Source: Candidatus Latescibacterota bacterium (GTDB taxonomy: Bacteria; Latescibacterota; UBA2968; GCA-2709665). Taken from it: a DNA stretch of 64,000 nucleotides. The translations under genes were made by a program, and so were the position numbers. Below, in pieces: positions 9,678 to 20,008 of this stretch (within the stretch, counting starts at the first letter, position 1; every line of letters starts with the position of its first letter). Below the pieces are notes generated by a model. The model was not told where the DNA came from. It saw nothing but the letters and a program-made list of their open reading frames with translations, and did not search any database. The stretch covers positions 672,001 to 736,000 of the forward strand of contig OZ244937.1 in the NCBI GenBank assembly GCA_965222075.1, given 5' to 3'.

Positions 9678-11246
9678 GTGAATAAAGAAGTAGAAAAGAA
9701 ACAGGTGCTCTGGGCAGATGACGAGATCGATCTGTTAAAGCCTCACAGCATTTTTCTCAATGAACGGGGATACGAGGTGACCCCTGTAACCAACGGCGAC
9801 GATGCGATCGCGCTGATCCAGAAGCAGGGGTTCGATATTGTCCTGTTGGATGAAATGATGGCCGGCCGGGACGGGCTCTCGACGCTTGCCGCCATCAAGG
9901 ATGTCAATCCGGATATTCCGGTGATTATGATCACCAAGAACGAAGAGGAGCGCCTTATGGAGGAGGCGCTTGGGCAGCGGATTGACGATTATCTGACCAA
10001 GCCTGTAAATCCGAGCCAGATCCTCTCCGCATGTAAAAAGCTGCTGGATGCCAGGCAGATTTTAAAGGACCGGATGGGGCTGAATTATGTGGCCGCTTCC
10101 AATCGGATTCGGGGCCTGATGGCTTCGGCAACCTCCTGGGAACACTGGATTGATATTCACGTTAAGCTTTCGGAATGGGACCTCGACCTGGACCGGTTTT
10201 TTGACCCTGGCCTTCGGAAGATGCACGAAGACCTTCGGCGGGTCTGCAACTTGGAGTTTGGAAAGTTTGTCGAGCGCAACTACGCGCGATGGTTACGGGA
10301 CGAGGAGGACTCTCCTCTCCTTTCGGTCGATATTGTCTCGGAGTTTGTTGTCCCTCCCCTTCAGGCCGGGCAGCAGGTCTTTTTTGTGGTGGTCGACTGC
10401 CTGAGGCTGGACCACTGGCTTGCCATTTTGCCCCTTCTGGCCGATCTGTTTCAGATCGAGCACCACTACCACTACTCGATTCTGCCGACGGCCACGCCCT
10501 ATTCCCGGAATTCGATTTTCGGCGGGATCTTCCCCGGCGACGTGGCACAACTCTACTCAGAGGAGTGGCATGGTACCCGGGACGACGATATGAGCCGCAA
10601 CCGCCACGAGCACCAGCTCCTGGACCGGCAGCTTGAGGAGATCGATCCGACACTGAAGTTAGAGACCCGGTACGTCAAGGTGCTGGATATTGCCGAGGGG
10701 AACAACCTGGTGCAAAAGGTCCATACCTACCGATCTTTCCCGCTTATGTCGGTTGTCTTCAATTTTCTGGACATCCTGACCCACGGCCGGTCAGAGTCGG
10801 AAATCCTGCAGGAGATGGCGCCCAACGAATCGGCCTTCCGGTCCCTTACCCGGTCCTGGTTCGCCCACTCGGCGCTGTTCGAGATGCTTCGAAAGCTGGC
10901 AGATACCGATACCACGGTTGTTCTTACCACAGATCACGGCTGTGTGATGAGTACGCGGGCGTCTGTGGCCTATGGAAACCGGGAGACGTCTACAAATCTC
11001 CGGTACAAATACGGGAAGAATATCCGGTGTGATACCCGGCATGCCGTCCATATCAAAGATCCGGAGGTTTATGGGCTGCCCAACTTCGGCATCGGGACCA
11101 ATTTTATTCTGTGCAAAGAGGACTTCTACTTTGTCTACCCCACAAAGTTTCACGAGTACCAGCGTCAGTACGCCAACAGCTTCCAGCACGGAGGGATCTC
11201 CCTTGAAGAGATGATTCTTCCCGTGGCGGTTTTGAAAGGAAAGTAG
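9678..11246 (+). CDS. porX: PorX-like response regulator with PglZ/alkaline-phosphatase domain
   Basis: Receiver (WADDE, LLDEMM, TKP) plus VVDCLRLD, LPTATPYSRN, DILTHG, TTDHG and FQHGGISLEE; followed by tsaE as in Bacteroidota. Confidence 0.9.
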   Translation: MNKEVEKKQVLWADDEIDLLKPHSIFLNERGYEVTPVTNGDDAIALIQKQGFDIVLLDEMMAGRDGLSTLAAIKDVNPDIPVIMITKNEEERLMEEALGQRIDDYLTKPVNPSQILSACKKLLDARQILKDRMGLNYVAASNRIRGLMASATSWEHWIDIHVKLSEWDLDLDRFFDPGLRKMHEDLRRVCNLEFGKFVERNYARWLRDEEDSPLLSVDIVSEFVVPPLQAGQQVFFVVVDCLRLDHWLAILPLLADLFQIEHHYHYSILPTATPYSRNSIFGGIFPGDVAQLYSEEWHGTRDDDMSRNRHEHQLLDRQLEEIDPTLKLETRYVKVLDIAEGNNLVQKVHTYRSFPLMSVVFNFLDILTHGRSESEILQEMAPNESAFRSLTRSWFAHSALFEMLRKLADTDTTVVLTTDHGCVMSTRASVAYGNRETSTNLRYKYGKNIRCDTRHAVHIKDPEVYGLPNFGIGTNFILCKEDFYFVYPTKFHEYQRQYANSFQHGGISLEEMILPVAVLKGK

Positions 11247-11400
11247 ACCGGTATACAAGACGAAAAAAAGTCTGCCTCTCCTCCCCATTTTCCCTTTTCC
11301 CCTGAATTTCTCCCTTTTCCCCACAATATCCCTACCGTTCACCTCTGCCCTTGTCGGCGGGTCACTGTTTCTTGCAGGATAGTCACCGGGGATCTGTACG

Positions 11401-11841
11401 ATGCCGGTTTCGACTTTGATCTCCTCCTCCCCCGAAGAGACCGGGACGATTGGGAGGGATTTGGCCGGTCGGTTGCGCCGGGGGGACTGCGTGGCCCTGT
11501 TTGGCGAGTTGGGCAGCGGAAAGACCTGCCTGGTGCAGGGGATTTGCAATGGGCTGCAGGTGACCGGCCCCGTGACGAGTCCGACCTTTATCCTGGTGCA
11601 CGAATACCGGGGGCGGGTTAAGGGCGGGGTGCTGCCGGTCTATCATTTTGACCTGTATCGGCTCGGCGGCCCGGAGGAGCTGATCGATCTGGGGTGGGAC
11701 GACTATTTAGACAGCGGAGGGATCTGCCTGGTTGAGTGGGCCGACCGAGCCGATGGCCTGCTGCCACCTCATACGATTACCGTAAAGATCGACGCTCCCC
11801 AACGTCGACTACGCACCTTCAAATTAACTTATGGGGAATAA
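11401..11841 (+). CDS. tsaE: tRNA threonylcarbamoyladenosine biosynthesis ATPase TsaE
   Basis: GELGSGKT, VTSPTF, HFDLYRL, VEWAD. Confidence 0.96.
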   Translation: MPVSTLISSSPEETGTIGRDLAGRLRRGDCVALFGELGSGKTCLVQGICNGLQVTGPVTSPTFILVHEYRGRVKGGVLPVYHFDLYRLGGPEELIDLGWDDYLDSGGICLVEWADRADGLLPPHTITVKIDAPQRRLRTFKLTYGE

Positions 11842-11847
11842 TCTGCC

Positions 11848-12603
11848 ATGGCCATATTCATCCTTGTTTTCATGTTTTGCTTTGGGATTGCGCAATCCCT
11901 CCCTGCACAGGCGGATCTTCAGCCCCGCTGGCTTGTCGATAGCCCCACTGCCGGCCTCCTGCCCAAAGGCAGTTTTGCCATGGACCTTCGATTCTACGGC
12001 GAAAACGGTATTCTAACCCAGTTGGAAGTAGGGCTGCTCAACCGGGCAAGTGCGGGGTTTTCGTTTGGTGGTGAGCAGCTTGTGGGCAACAAGGGGGCCC
12101 GGTGGAATCCGAGGATTGAGTTTATGGGCAGGGTCCGGGTGATTGAGGAGGGGATACAGATTCCCGCGCTTGCCGTGGGTTTCCATTCTCAGGGATACGG
12201 CGCTTACGATCAGGATTTGGAGCGCTACACGACAAAGTCCAAAGGGTTCTATGCGGTACTGAGCAAGAACTTCGGGTCCGTGCTGGGAGATATCGGGGTC
12301 CACGGGGGGTTGAATCGGAGTCTGGAGGATGGGGATGGAGACGGAGATATCTCGGGATTTGTGGGGATAGACAAACAGTTTGGAAGGATGTTTTCGCTGT
12401 TGTTGGAATACGATTTTGCGTTTAACGATAACCAGGACAATACACTCGATTCCGGACGGGGAGGACTGTTGAACGGCGGCGGCCGCTGGACCATCATCCA
12501 GCGGTTTACCCTGGAATTTGACCTCAAGAATATCTTTCGGAGCGGCCGCCGAAGTCCGACGCCGGACCGGGAGATTCGGGTGCTTTATGTTCAGAAGTTT
12601 TGA
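11848..12603 (+). CDS. Secreted outer-membrane beta-barrel (YjbH-like)
   Basis: Signal peptide, DSPTAGLL motif, alternating beta-strand pattern, terminal Phe. Confidence 0.65.
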   Translation: MAIFILVFMFCFGIAQSLPAQADLQPRWLVDSPTAGLLPKGSFAMDLRFYGENGILTQLEVGLLNRASAGFSFGGEQLVGNKGARWNPRIEFMGRVRVIEEGIQIPALAVGFHSQGYGAYDQDLERYTTKSKGFYAVLSKNFGSVLGDIGVHGGLNRSLEDGDGDGDISGFVGIDKQFGRMFSLLLEYDFAFNDNQDNTLDSGRGGLLNGGGRWTIIQRFTLEFDLKNIFRSGRRSPTPDREIRVLYVQKF

Positions 12604-12625
12604 TGAATAGGCGGATGTGAGGGGT

Positions 12626-14374
12626 TCAGGCGGATTCGTCTGCGCGCTTGATCTCTCCGGGGGCGACGAAGAGGGTCTTCTCGTTCCGTATGGTGACCAG
12701 CCCCGGGGGCGCGTTTCGGGGTTTCTGCACGTGTCGGACCTCGGTGTAATTGACAGGTACGGTTTTTGACCCCCGGGCTTTGCTCCAGTAGGCGGCCAGA
12801 CTCGCCGCCTCTTCAAGGGTTGTACGGGGAGGCGTGTCCGGTTTTCCTCCGCGCTGCAAAATGACGTGAGAGCCGGGACATCCCTGGGCGTGGAAGAAGA
12901 TGTCGTCTTTTGCCGAGGCTTTTGTCAATCGGTCATTTTCGCTGTTGTTTCGTCCCACCAGCACGGTCCATCCATCCGATGTCCGATACCGTCTTGGGTG
13001 GATGTTTTTCCCCCTGGGTGTTCCTTTTTGCCCCTTCTGCCTGAATTGTCCGGAGCGGATGAGGCCCGCATTCTCCAATTCCTCCTGAAATGCAATCAGG
13101 TCCTTCTCCTGTATCAGGGTCTCCAGGCGGTCTAAGCAGGCCTGGAGCCTTGCCCTGTCCTGGCGTGCAGCTTCCAGCCGCCGGGCCAGTATGGGAGCGC
13201 CCTTTTTCGCCTTCCGGCTCCGTTTCAGGTAGTCCCGCGCGTTTTCAAGCGGGAGCCGATTGGGGGCGAGCGGAATGGTTACAGGGGGGCCTTCGGGATT
13301 GAAGAGGTCGCTCAGGGTTGCCGATGTGGCCCCCGGCGCTACATGGTGAAGGTTGGACATCAAAAGGCTTCCGTATTTTTCATAACGGTCGGCCTGTTCC
13401 ATATCTTTCAGGTCGGCCTCGATTTTGGCGATTTTTGTGTCCATCGAGGTGAGGTACCGGTTCAGGGTTTGTTCAACTTTCTTTCGTTTTGCCCGGAGCA
13501 CCTGCCCCTGCTGTTCTTTTTGGACAACCGCCTCGATTGCATCGCTTACAGAGGAGAAGGACCGCAGGGCTTCACCGGCCCTGTGCTGTAAGGCCAGGAC
13601 GCAGATTTCCGCCCTGTGATCCACCGACGCGGGCAGTTCGACCGCGCCTTCCAGGAAAGGGGGGGCCTCAAAGAGGGCCTTCAGTGCCACCTGGAGCCGG
13701 TCTATCGCACCGGGGGGCGCTGCCTGGCCTTCCCGGATGCCGGCGCGATGGAGGAGCTCCCGGGCCGCGAGCAGGTCGAGTCCGGCTACGGTGTGGAGAA
13801 GGGCCTCTGCCGGGGCGTCCCGCTGCCGGTCCAGGGCCTCACCCAGGGCGGCTGAGGTGACTTCTGTGGGGTGCAGACGGTTGAGTGGGGGCGGTGGGAG
13901 GTAGGGTTTTCCGGGCAGGACTTGTCTTTTGCGGCTCATACGCCCCCCCACCCGACGGAGGGCGTCCAGGACCCGACCTTCCGGTTCTGCCACCAGGACG
14001 ACGTTGCTGTGGTGTCCCATGGCTTCCACGATCAGGCGGCATCGGGTTTCCCCGCCCAGGCGGTCCCGCTTGACCAGGGTCAAGAAGACGATCCGTTCCA
14101 GGGGGACCTGGTCGACCGATTCGATTGTAGCATTCAGGAGGTATTTTTCGATCCAGTAGGGGCGACCTCGTTCGTCCTGCTGCGGCTCCCTGGAAAAGGC
14201 AATACGCCCCCGGCCGGGAGAGGCCGACAGGTGCAGGTGGTCACTGCCACCTACGTTCAGGTAGAGGTCGTGCGGTCCGGTCAGAAAGGCGTCCAGAATC
14301 CGCTGCCTTTTCAAAGCCTTCTGCAACTCTTCCGTCAACCGCCGCAGTGTGAAGTAGCTCAGGAAGGGACTCAC
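12626..14374 (-). CDS. rqcH: NFACT family ribosome quality control protein (RqcH/FbpA)
   Basis: LERIV, EAMGHHSNVVL, coiled coil, VGRNNSEND, HAQGCPGSHV. Confidence 0.92.
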   Translation of the reverse strand: MSPFLSYFTLRRLTEELQKALKRQRILDAFLTGPHDLYLNVGGSDHLHLSASPGRGRIAFSREPQQDERGRPYWIEKYLLNATIESVDQVPLERIVFLTLVKRDRLGGETRCRLIVEAMGHHSNVVLVAEPEGRVLDALRRVGGRMSRKRQVLPGKPYLPPPPLNRLHPTEVTSAALGEALDRQRDAPAEALLHTVAGLDLLAARELLHRAGIREGQAAPPGAIDRLQVALKALFEAPPFLEGAVELPASVDHRAEICVLALQHRAGEALRSFSSVSDAIEAVVQKEQQGQVLRAKRKKVEQTLNRYLTSMDTKIAKIEADLKDMEQADRYEKYGSLLMSNLHHVAPGATSATLSDLFNPEGPPVTIPLAPNRLPLENARDYLKRSRKAKKGAPILARRLEAARQDRARLQACLDRLETLIQEKDLIAFQEELENAGLIRSGQFRQKGQKGTPRGKNIHPRRYRTSDGWTVLVGRNNSENDRLTKASAKDDIFFHAQGCPGSHVILQRGGKPDTPPRTTLEEAASLAAYWSKARGSKTVPVNYTEVRHVQKPRNAPPGLVTIRNEKTLFVAPGEIKRADESA

Positions 14375-14414
14375 AGGCGATCCTGCCTTTTCACCTCCTT
14401 TCCAATGAATCGTC

Positions 14415-14443
14415 TTGACAAGCTTTTAGAGACCTGGTATTCT
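14415..14443 (+). promoter_or_regulatory. Sigma70-like promoter for the ClpX-like gene
   Basis: TTGACA-17 bp-TATTCT. Confidence 0.65.
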
Positions 14444-14524
14444 TAAATGTTCCCACCCTTCCCAACCCCACCCCAGTTGCGAGTCGTGGGTTCCCCACCA
14501 CCCCCAGTCAGATGGAGAATTTCA

Positions 14525-16078
14525 ATGTTGGAACAGCGTCCTGTCAATCCTGCAGAAATTCAGAAAGACATTAAAGAATTTCTTGAGAAGAAGTACGGCA
14601 CCCAGGTGATTATTCCGCAGGCTGAGGTCGAGGGCATCCAGGAGGGACCCCACACGATTGACCCCGAAGAGGAGACGATCGATTTTGACCTGAAGCCGGA
14701 AGAGCTGGAGGCCTTTCTCAACGAATATGTCATCAAGCAGACCGAGGCCAAAGAGGTTCTGGCGACCAAGATCTGTACGCATTTTAACCGGATGAAACTG
14801 GACCGGGAAAATCCCGAAGATGCGCACGCGTTTGTGGGCAACATCAAGAATAACATCCTGCTTATCGGGCCCACAGGGGTGGGGAAGACCTATCTGATCA
14901 AGCTTATTGCCCAGCGAATCGGCGTTCCTTTTGTTAAGGGTGATGCTACCAAGTTTAGCGAGACCGGTTATGTGGGCGGCGATGTAGAGGATCTGGTTCG
15001 AGAACTGGTGCGAGAGGCAGGGGGGAATATTGAGAAGGCCCAGTATGGTATTATTTATATCGATGAGATCGATAAGATCGCTTCCACACCAAACCTTGTG
15101 GGACCCGATGTCTCCCGGACCGGCGTACAGCGCAATCTCCTGAAGCTTATGGAGGAGACCGAGGTCGATTTGAAGGCGCCGCACGACCTGGCCTCTCAGA
15201 TGGAGGCCGTGATGCAATTTCAGCAGAGCGGAAAGATGGAGCGTAAGAAGATCAATACGCGAAACATCCTGTTTATTGTAAGCGGGGCCTTCAACGAGCT
15301 TGAAGAGATTGTCAAACGCCGCCTCAACAAGCGCAGTGTGGGCTTCAAGCCCGAGTCGGAGCGCGTTGAGGACCAGGAGTTCGGTCAAGCGGCCTATCTC
15401 AAGCAGGTCACCTCGGAAGACCTGATCGAGTACGGTTTTGAATCGGAGTTTATCGGACGCCTGCCGATTGTGGCCGTTCTGGAACCGCTTACGGTAGACG
15501 ATCTGTATGAGATCTTAAAGAATCCGAATTCTTCGGTGATCTTAGGCAAGAAACGGGACTTTCAGGCCTATGGGATCGCGTTGACGTTTGAGGGTGAGGC
15601 CCTCCGCCGGCTGTCCGCGCTGGCCGCTCAGGAACAGACCGGTGCGCGTGCGCTGGTGAGTGTTTGTGAACGCGCCCTTCTGAAGTTTGAAAAGAAGCTG
15701 CCCTCTAACGAGATTCGCTCGTTTACGGTCACGGAGGCCGTGGTGAACCATCCGGAGGCCGAACTCCGGAAGCTGCTGATTTCCCGGGAGATTGCCGCTT
15801 ATATCGATCGCTTTTACCAGGCGTACGGTATCGAGCTGAGCTTTGACGACGACGCTCTGGCGTTCTTAGCCGAAGAGGCTGCCCGGCAAGGGCTTTCGGT
15901 GGTCGACCTCTGCCATAGCAGGTTCAACGATTACGGTCATGGTCTCAAACTGCTGGGGCAGACCGGGTTCCGGCTTACCCGGGCAGCCGCCGAGCGGCCC
16001 AAGGAACACTTAGACGAGCTTGTGAAGGCGTTTTACAATCAAAAGGAGGTTGAGGTCAGCAGAGTCGATGGCCAATAG
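14525..16078 (+). CDS. ClpX-like AAA+ ATPase lacking the N-terminal zinc-binding domain
   Basis: GPTGVGKT, ETGYVG pore loop, YIDEIDKI, DVSRTGVQ, VGF loop, TGARAL; no CxxC motifs; C-terminal extension. Confidence 0.88.
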   Translation: MLEQRPVNPAEIQKDIKEFLEKKYGTQVIIPQAEVEGIQEGPHTIDPEEETIDFDLKPEELEAFLNEYVIKQTEAKEVLATKICTHFNRMKLDRENPEDAHAFVGNIKNNILLIGPTGVGKTYLIKLIAQRIGVPFVKGDATKFSETGYVGGDVEDLVRELVREAGGNIEKAQYGIIYIDEIDKIASTPNLVGPDVSRTGVQRNLLKLMEETEVDLKAPHDLASQMEAVMQFQQSGKMERKKINTRNILFIVSGAFNELEEIVKRRLNKRSVGFKPESERVEDQEFGQAAYLKQVTSEDLIEYGFESEFIGRLPIVAVLEPLTVDDLYEILKNPNSSVILGKKRDFQAYGIALTFEGEALRRLSALAAQEQTGARALVSVCERALLKFEKKLPSNEIRSFTVTEAVVNHPEAELRKLLISREIAAYIDRFYQAYGIELSFDDDALAFLAEEAARQGLSVVDLCHSRFNDYGHGLKLLGQTGFRLTRAAAERPKEHLDELVKAFYNQKEVEVSRVDGQ

Positions 16079-16118
16079 ACCCGACTGCGGGCGATTTGGG
16101 CTCCCGCGCCGTCTGGTC

Positions 16119-17042
16119 CTATATCTCCGCTTCGAGGGCCTTTTTTACGATCCCGTTGTGACGGGCGAGCAGCCGGCGGGCCGTTTCTTTAGAGACGGCC
16201 CGTTTGACCATGGTGATGGCGGTTTTGAGGTTGTTTTTCGAGGCTTTCAGGGCCTGACAGCTTTGCTCCCGAGACAGCCCGGTGACCTCCGAGAGGATGC
16301 GTTCTGCCCTGTCTTGCAGTTTGGCGCAGGAGGGGGTCAGGTCTACCATGAGGTTGCTGTAGGTCTTTCCCATCTGTACCATGGCCGCTGTGGTGACCAT
16401 GTTCAGGACCAGCTTGGTGGCCGTGCCGGCCTTCAGGCGGGTCGAGCCGGTGATGACCTCGGGGCCGACTTCAGGAACGATTTTGACATCGGCTTCTACG
16501 CTTTCGGCCGAGGATGGATTGCAGGTTAGAAAGAGGGTGGCGGCCCCGGTTTTGCGGGCCTGTGAGAGCGCTCCCAACACAAAGGGGGTCACCCCGCTGG
16601 CCGCAATGCCCATCACCACGTCGTGCTGTTTGAGGCCCTGCGCCTGGAGGGCGGCTGCCCCACCATCCTGCTGGTCTTCTGCGCCTTCCTGCGACTGTAT
16701 CAGAGCCGCTTCCCCTCCGGCAATGATCCCCTGTACCATGTCGGGGTCCGTATCGAAGGTAGGGGGGCACTCGGCGGCATCGAGCACGCCGAGCCTGCCG
16801 CTGGTTCCGGCCCCCACATAGAAGAGCCGCCCGCCTTTTTGGAACGCGCCCACAACCAGGTCGACGGCCCGTGCGATCCCGGCGAGTACCATTTCTACGG
16901 CTTCCGGGACCTTGCGGTCCTCTGCGTTCATCATCCGCAGCACCTCTGAGGTCGGCAATTCATCGATGTTTGCACTGGCGGGGTTGCGCTGTTCTGTCAG
17001 CAGGTCCGCCCACCTGGATGTTCCTTCCCGGTTATTTCCCAT
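16119..17042 (-). CDS. murQ: N-acetylmuramic acid 6-phosphate etherase
   Basis: TEQRNP, GAGTSGRLGVLDAAECPPTF, GPEVITGSTRLKAGTATK. Confidence 0.97.
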   Translation of the reverse strand: MGNNREGTSRWADLLTEQRNPASANIDELPTSEVLRMMNAEDRKVPEAVEMVLAGIARAVDLVVGAFQKGGRLFYVGAGTSGRLGVLDAAECPPTFDTDPDMVQGIIAGGEAALIQSQEGAEDQQDGGAAALQAQGLKQHDVVMGIAASGVTPFVLGALSQARKTGAATLFLTCNPSSAESVEADVKIVPEVGPEVITGSTRLKAGTATKLVLNMVTTAAMVQMGKTYSNLMVDLTPSCAKLQDRAERILSEVTGLSREQSCQALKASKNNLKTAITMVKRAVSKETARRLLARHNGIVKKALEAEI

Positions 17043-19809
17043 TGGTTTTCACCTGTTTGTTGAGCTGGATGAGGGCCTCCCGCAGCTTTTGGATAAATTC
17101 TCCATATCCGGTGAAGTCTCCGGCCCGAAGGCGTTCCTGTGCGGTTTCGAGGTGCTGCAGCGCGTTTTCCGTCATGGCCTTCAGGCCTTCGGGTGCAGCG
17201 GATGGATGTGGAGGCGCTTTGAGCATTGCAGATACCGGAGGAGGCGCCCGGTCGCTGAAGACCTTAAAGAGGGCCTGATCCAGGTTTTCGGCCATGGCCA
17301 GCTTTTCCCCGTGGACGACCAGCACCCGTTTCAGTTCGGGCATGCCGCTCTGGGTGGCCCTCAGGTAGAGGGGCTCAACGTAGATGAAGGAGGTTTCGAT
17401 GGGGATGACCAGCAGGTTGCCGCGAATGACGTCCGAGCCCCGCTGGCTCCACAGGGTAATTTCCCTCGATACGTCGGTGTTTTGGTCGATCCGGCGCTCG
17501 ATGAGCATGGGGCCGTAGATCAGCTTTTCCTTGGGGAGCTTGTAGACCATCAACCTGCCGTAGTTGGGGCCGTCGCACCGGGCGGAGAGCCAGGCGATCA
17601 TGTTGGCCTTCTTCGTGGGCGTGGCCGGCAGCATCAGGACGAATTCTTCCGGCTGGGCGTCGGGGAGTTTTACAATAACGTAGTAGGGACTCATGGTCTG
17701 GGGGCGTTCCGATATGCCGTAGATCTGGACGGCGGGCTCCCAGACGTCTTCCCGGTTGTAGAAGACCTGGGGGGAGGTCATGTGGTAGGTGTTGTAAAGC
17801 GAGGCCTGGATCTGGAAGAGATCAATGGGATATCGCATGTGGGCGCGCAGGGCCTCCGGCATGGTTTCTTTGGGCCGAAAGAGGGCGGGAAAAATTTCCA
17901 TGTAGGATCGGATGAGGGGGTCTTCGGGCTCCCAGACGTAAAAGGTTACGGTCCCATTGTAGGCATCCAGGGTGATTTTGACCGAGTTGCGGATGTAGTT
18001 TGTTTCCCGGACGTAGGGTCTGCCATAGGGTTCCGAATAAGGATACATGCTGGTTGCGGTATAGGCGTCCTGAACCCAGATCAGGCGTCCTTCGACCGCC
18101 ACAAGGTAGGGGTCCCGGTCGAAGTGGAGGAAGGGGGCCAGCTTCTCAAACCGCTTGGGGCCATCCTCTCTGAAGCGGCGGCCGATGTGCCGGTCGAAGA
18201 GGATGCGGCTTTCCGGTTTGAGGTTGTCGGTGACTAAGAGATAGGGATCCCCAAAGCGGAAGGCAAAGGCGATCCGGCGAAAGAGGGAGTTGACGGCGAC
18301 GCCTCCCCGGCCCTGGTAGGAGGTGTAGACGTTTTCGTCGCCCCGGGGGTAGTCGAATTCCTGGGTTTTGGTCCGGACGATCACATAGTCTTGCATGTTT
18401 TCCCCATAGTAGATTTCGGGGCGATCGATCCGGGGGCCGACAGAGGAGACCGGAGGGATATCTTTGATGTAGAACTTGGGCAGCCCTTCACTTGCAATCT
18501 CGCTGGCCGGGCTCATGCAGATGCCATAGCCGTGGGTGTAGACGAAGTGACGGTTGACCCAGGTTTCCCCCTGCATGGCGAGCTGGTGGCGGGAGAATTC
18601 CCGGGCGGCTAACATGACCTGCCGGTACTGTCCATCGATCCGATAGCGGTCCACGTCGACGCTGCCAAACCGGTAGTAGGAGCGGATCTCCTGGAGCTGG
18701 CTGTAGGTGTCCATCAGCGGGCGCCGGTCCCACAGGGGAATGGACCGGACGGTGGGCAGGTTGTTTTGTATGTCCTGGAAGGTGAGGTTGGATTCCGCCG
18801 GTAAGGAGACCTCTTCCACTTTGTCAAGTCCATAAGCCCGCCGGGTAAAGGCGATGGAATGCCGGATGTAGGGGGTCTCCAGGGTCAGCTCGTTGGGCTT
18901 GACGATGAACTGCTCGAAGAGGATGGGGACCAGCCAGCTGAAGAGGAGGATTGATCCAACATATCCGATTGCGCCGGTGCGGGGGAGCCGCCAGCCTTTG
19001 AAGCGGAGGTTGTAGAGGAGGAGGACGGCCAGCCCGACCGAAAGGACCAGCATCAGCCGATAGGCAAAGATCTGGGCATGGATATCGGTGTATCCCGCGC
19101 CGGTGAAAGTGGTTTTTCGAAAGGAGTAGAGGAGTTCATATTCTTTTAACCAGTAGCCCCAGGCCATCAGGAAGGCGAAGGCTGCGCCCAGTGCCGAGAT
19201 GTGCGCCCTGACATGGGGCGCGGACGACCAGGTTGCTCCGTTGTTGCGGATGGAGCGGTCCTGGTGGTAGGAGAGGAGAACAAGCAGGGCGGCGGCCAGG
19301 AGGGCCACGATCAACCACCCGTAGACGAAGGTATAGAGGGGCAGGTTGAAGACGTAGAAGCCAAGTTCGCGTTTGAAGATGGGGTCTGTGATGCCGAATT
19401 CGACCGGGTGGAGGTAGCGGAGGGCCGAGGTCCAGATCGGGGTGCCACCCAGCCCCATGAAGAATCCCACCCCCACAACGATGCCTCCCCACATGAGGCG
19501 TTCTCGTTTTATCCGGTAGGGCAGCATGGGGAGGGTATCGCCTGCAATAACCTCTAAGGGCATTGCCCGGGTGCGTCTTCCAAAGTAGCGGGCCACCCAG
19601 AGGTTGCCGCCGGCCAGGGCGATAAAGGCGCCCCAAAAGGTGGCAAACGCGACGGCTTTGGCCAGGGCCATGGTGACGAAGGCCGGGCCGTATCTGAGGT
19701 GATCGAACCAGAGCCAGTCGGTATAGAAGATCATGAAGAGCCGGAGCCCCACATACCCCAGGATGAGGCCCAGGGTGAGGATAATCCCCCAGAGGGTGCG
19801 TTTTTTCAT
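17032..19809 (-). CDS. UPF0182 family membrane protein
   Basis: YTDWLWF, DPIFKRELGFYVF, VDVDRY, YTHGYG, NYIRNSVK, GNLLVIP, YVEPLY. Confidence 0.95.
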   Translation of the reverse strand: MKKRTLWGIILTLGLILGYVGLRLFMIFYTDWLWFDHLRYGPAFVTMALAKAVAFATFWGAFIALAGGNLWVARYFGRRTRAMPLEVIAGDTLPMLPYRIKRERLMWGGIVVGVGFFMGLGGTPIWTSALRYLHPVEFGITDPIFKRELGFYVFNLPLYTFVYGWLIVALLAAALLVLLSYHQDRSIRNNGATWSSAPHVRAHISALGAAFAFLMAWGYWLKEYELLYSFRKTTFTGAGYTDIHAQIFAYRLMLVLSVGLAVLLLYNLRFKGWRLPRTGAIGYVGSILLFSWLVPILFEQFIVKPNELTLETPYIRHSIAFTRRAYGLDKVEEVSLPAESNLTFQDIQNNLPTVRSIPLWDRRPLMDTYSQLQEIRSYYRFGSVDVDRYRIDGQYRQVMLAAREFSRHQLAMQGETWVNRHFVYTHGYGICMSPASEIASEGLPKFYIKDIPPVSSVGPRIDRPEIYYGENMQDYVIVRTKTQEFDYPRGDENVYTSYQGRGGVAVNSLFRRIAFAFRFGDPYLLVTDNLKPESRILFDRHIGRRFREDGPKRFEKLAPFLHFDRDPYLVAVEGRLIWVQDAYTATSMYPYSEPYGRPYVRETNYIRNSVKITLDAYNGTVTFYVWEPEDPLIRSYMEIFPALFRPKETMPEALRAHMRYPIDLFQIQASLYNTYHMTSPQVFYNREDVWEPAVQIYGISERPQTMSPYYVIVKLPDAQPEEFVLMLPATPTKKANMIAWLSARCDGPNYGRLMVYKLPKEKLIYGPMLIERRIDQNTDVSREITLWSQRGSDVIRGNLLVIPIETSFIYVEPLYLRATQSGMPELKRVLVVHGEKLAMAENLDQALFKVFSDRAPPPVSAMLKAPPHPSAAPEGLKAMTENALQHLETAQERLRAGDFTGYGEFIQKLREALIQLNKQVKTNGK

Positions 19810-20008
19810 GGGTTTTCTCTTCTTGAATCAGGCGTACAGATCGTTACATAAGGTGATGAAATATAAGCAGGATAAGCGGAATGAACAAGGATATTCTCAC
19901 CCTGCTGTTCTCTTGACTTTTTGCCAGAATCAATTATTATACATCACGTTGTTGCGATGGATAGATCGTATCTGTATACCTGTGAACCCTCTTTTTAAAG
20001 GTTGATTT

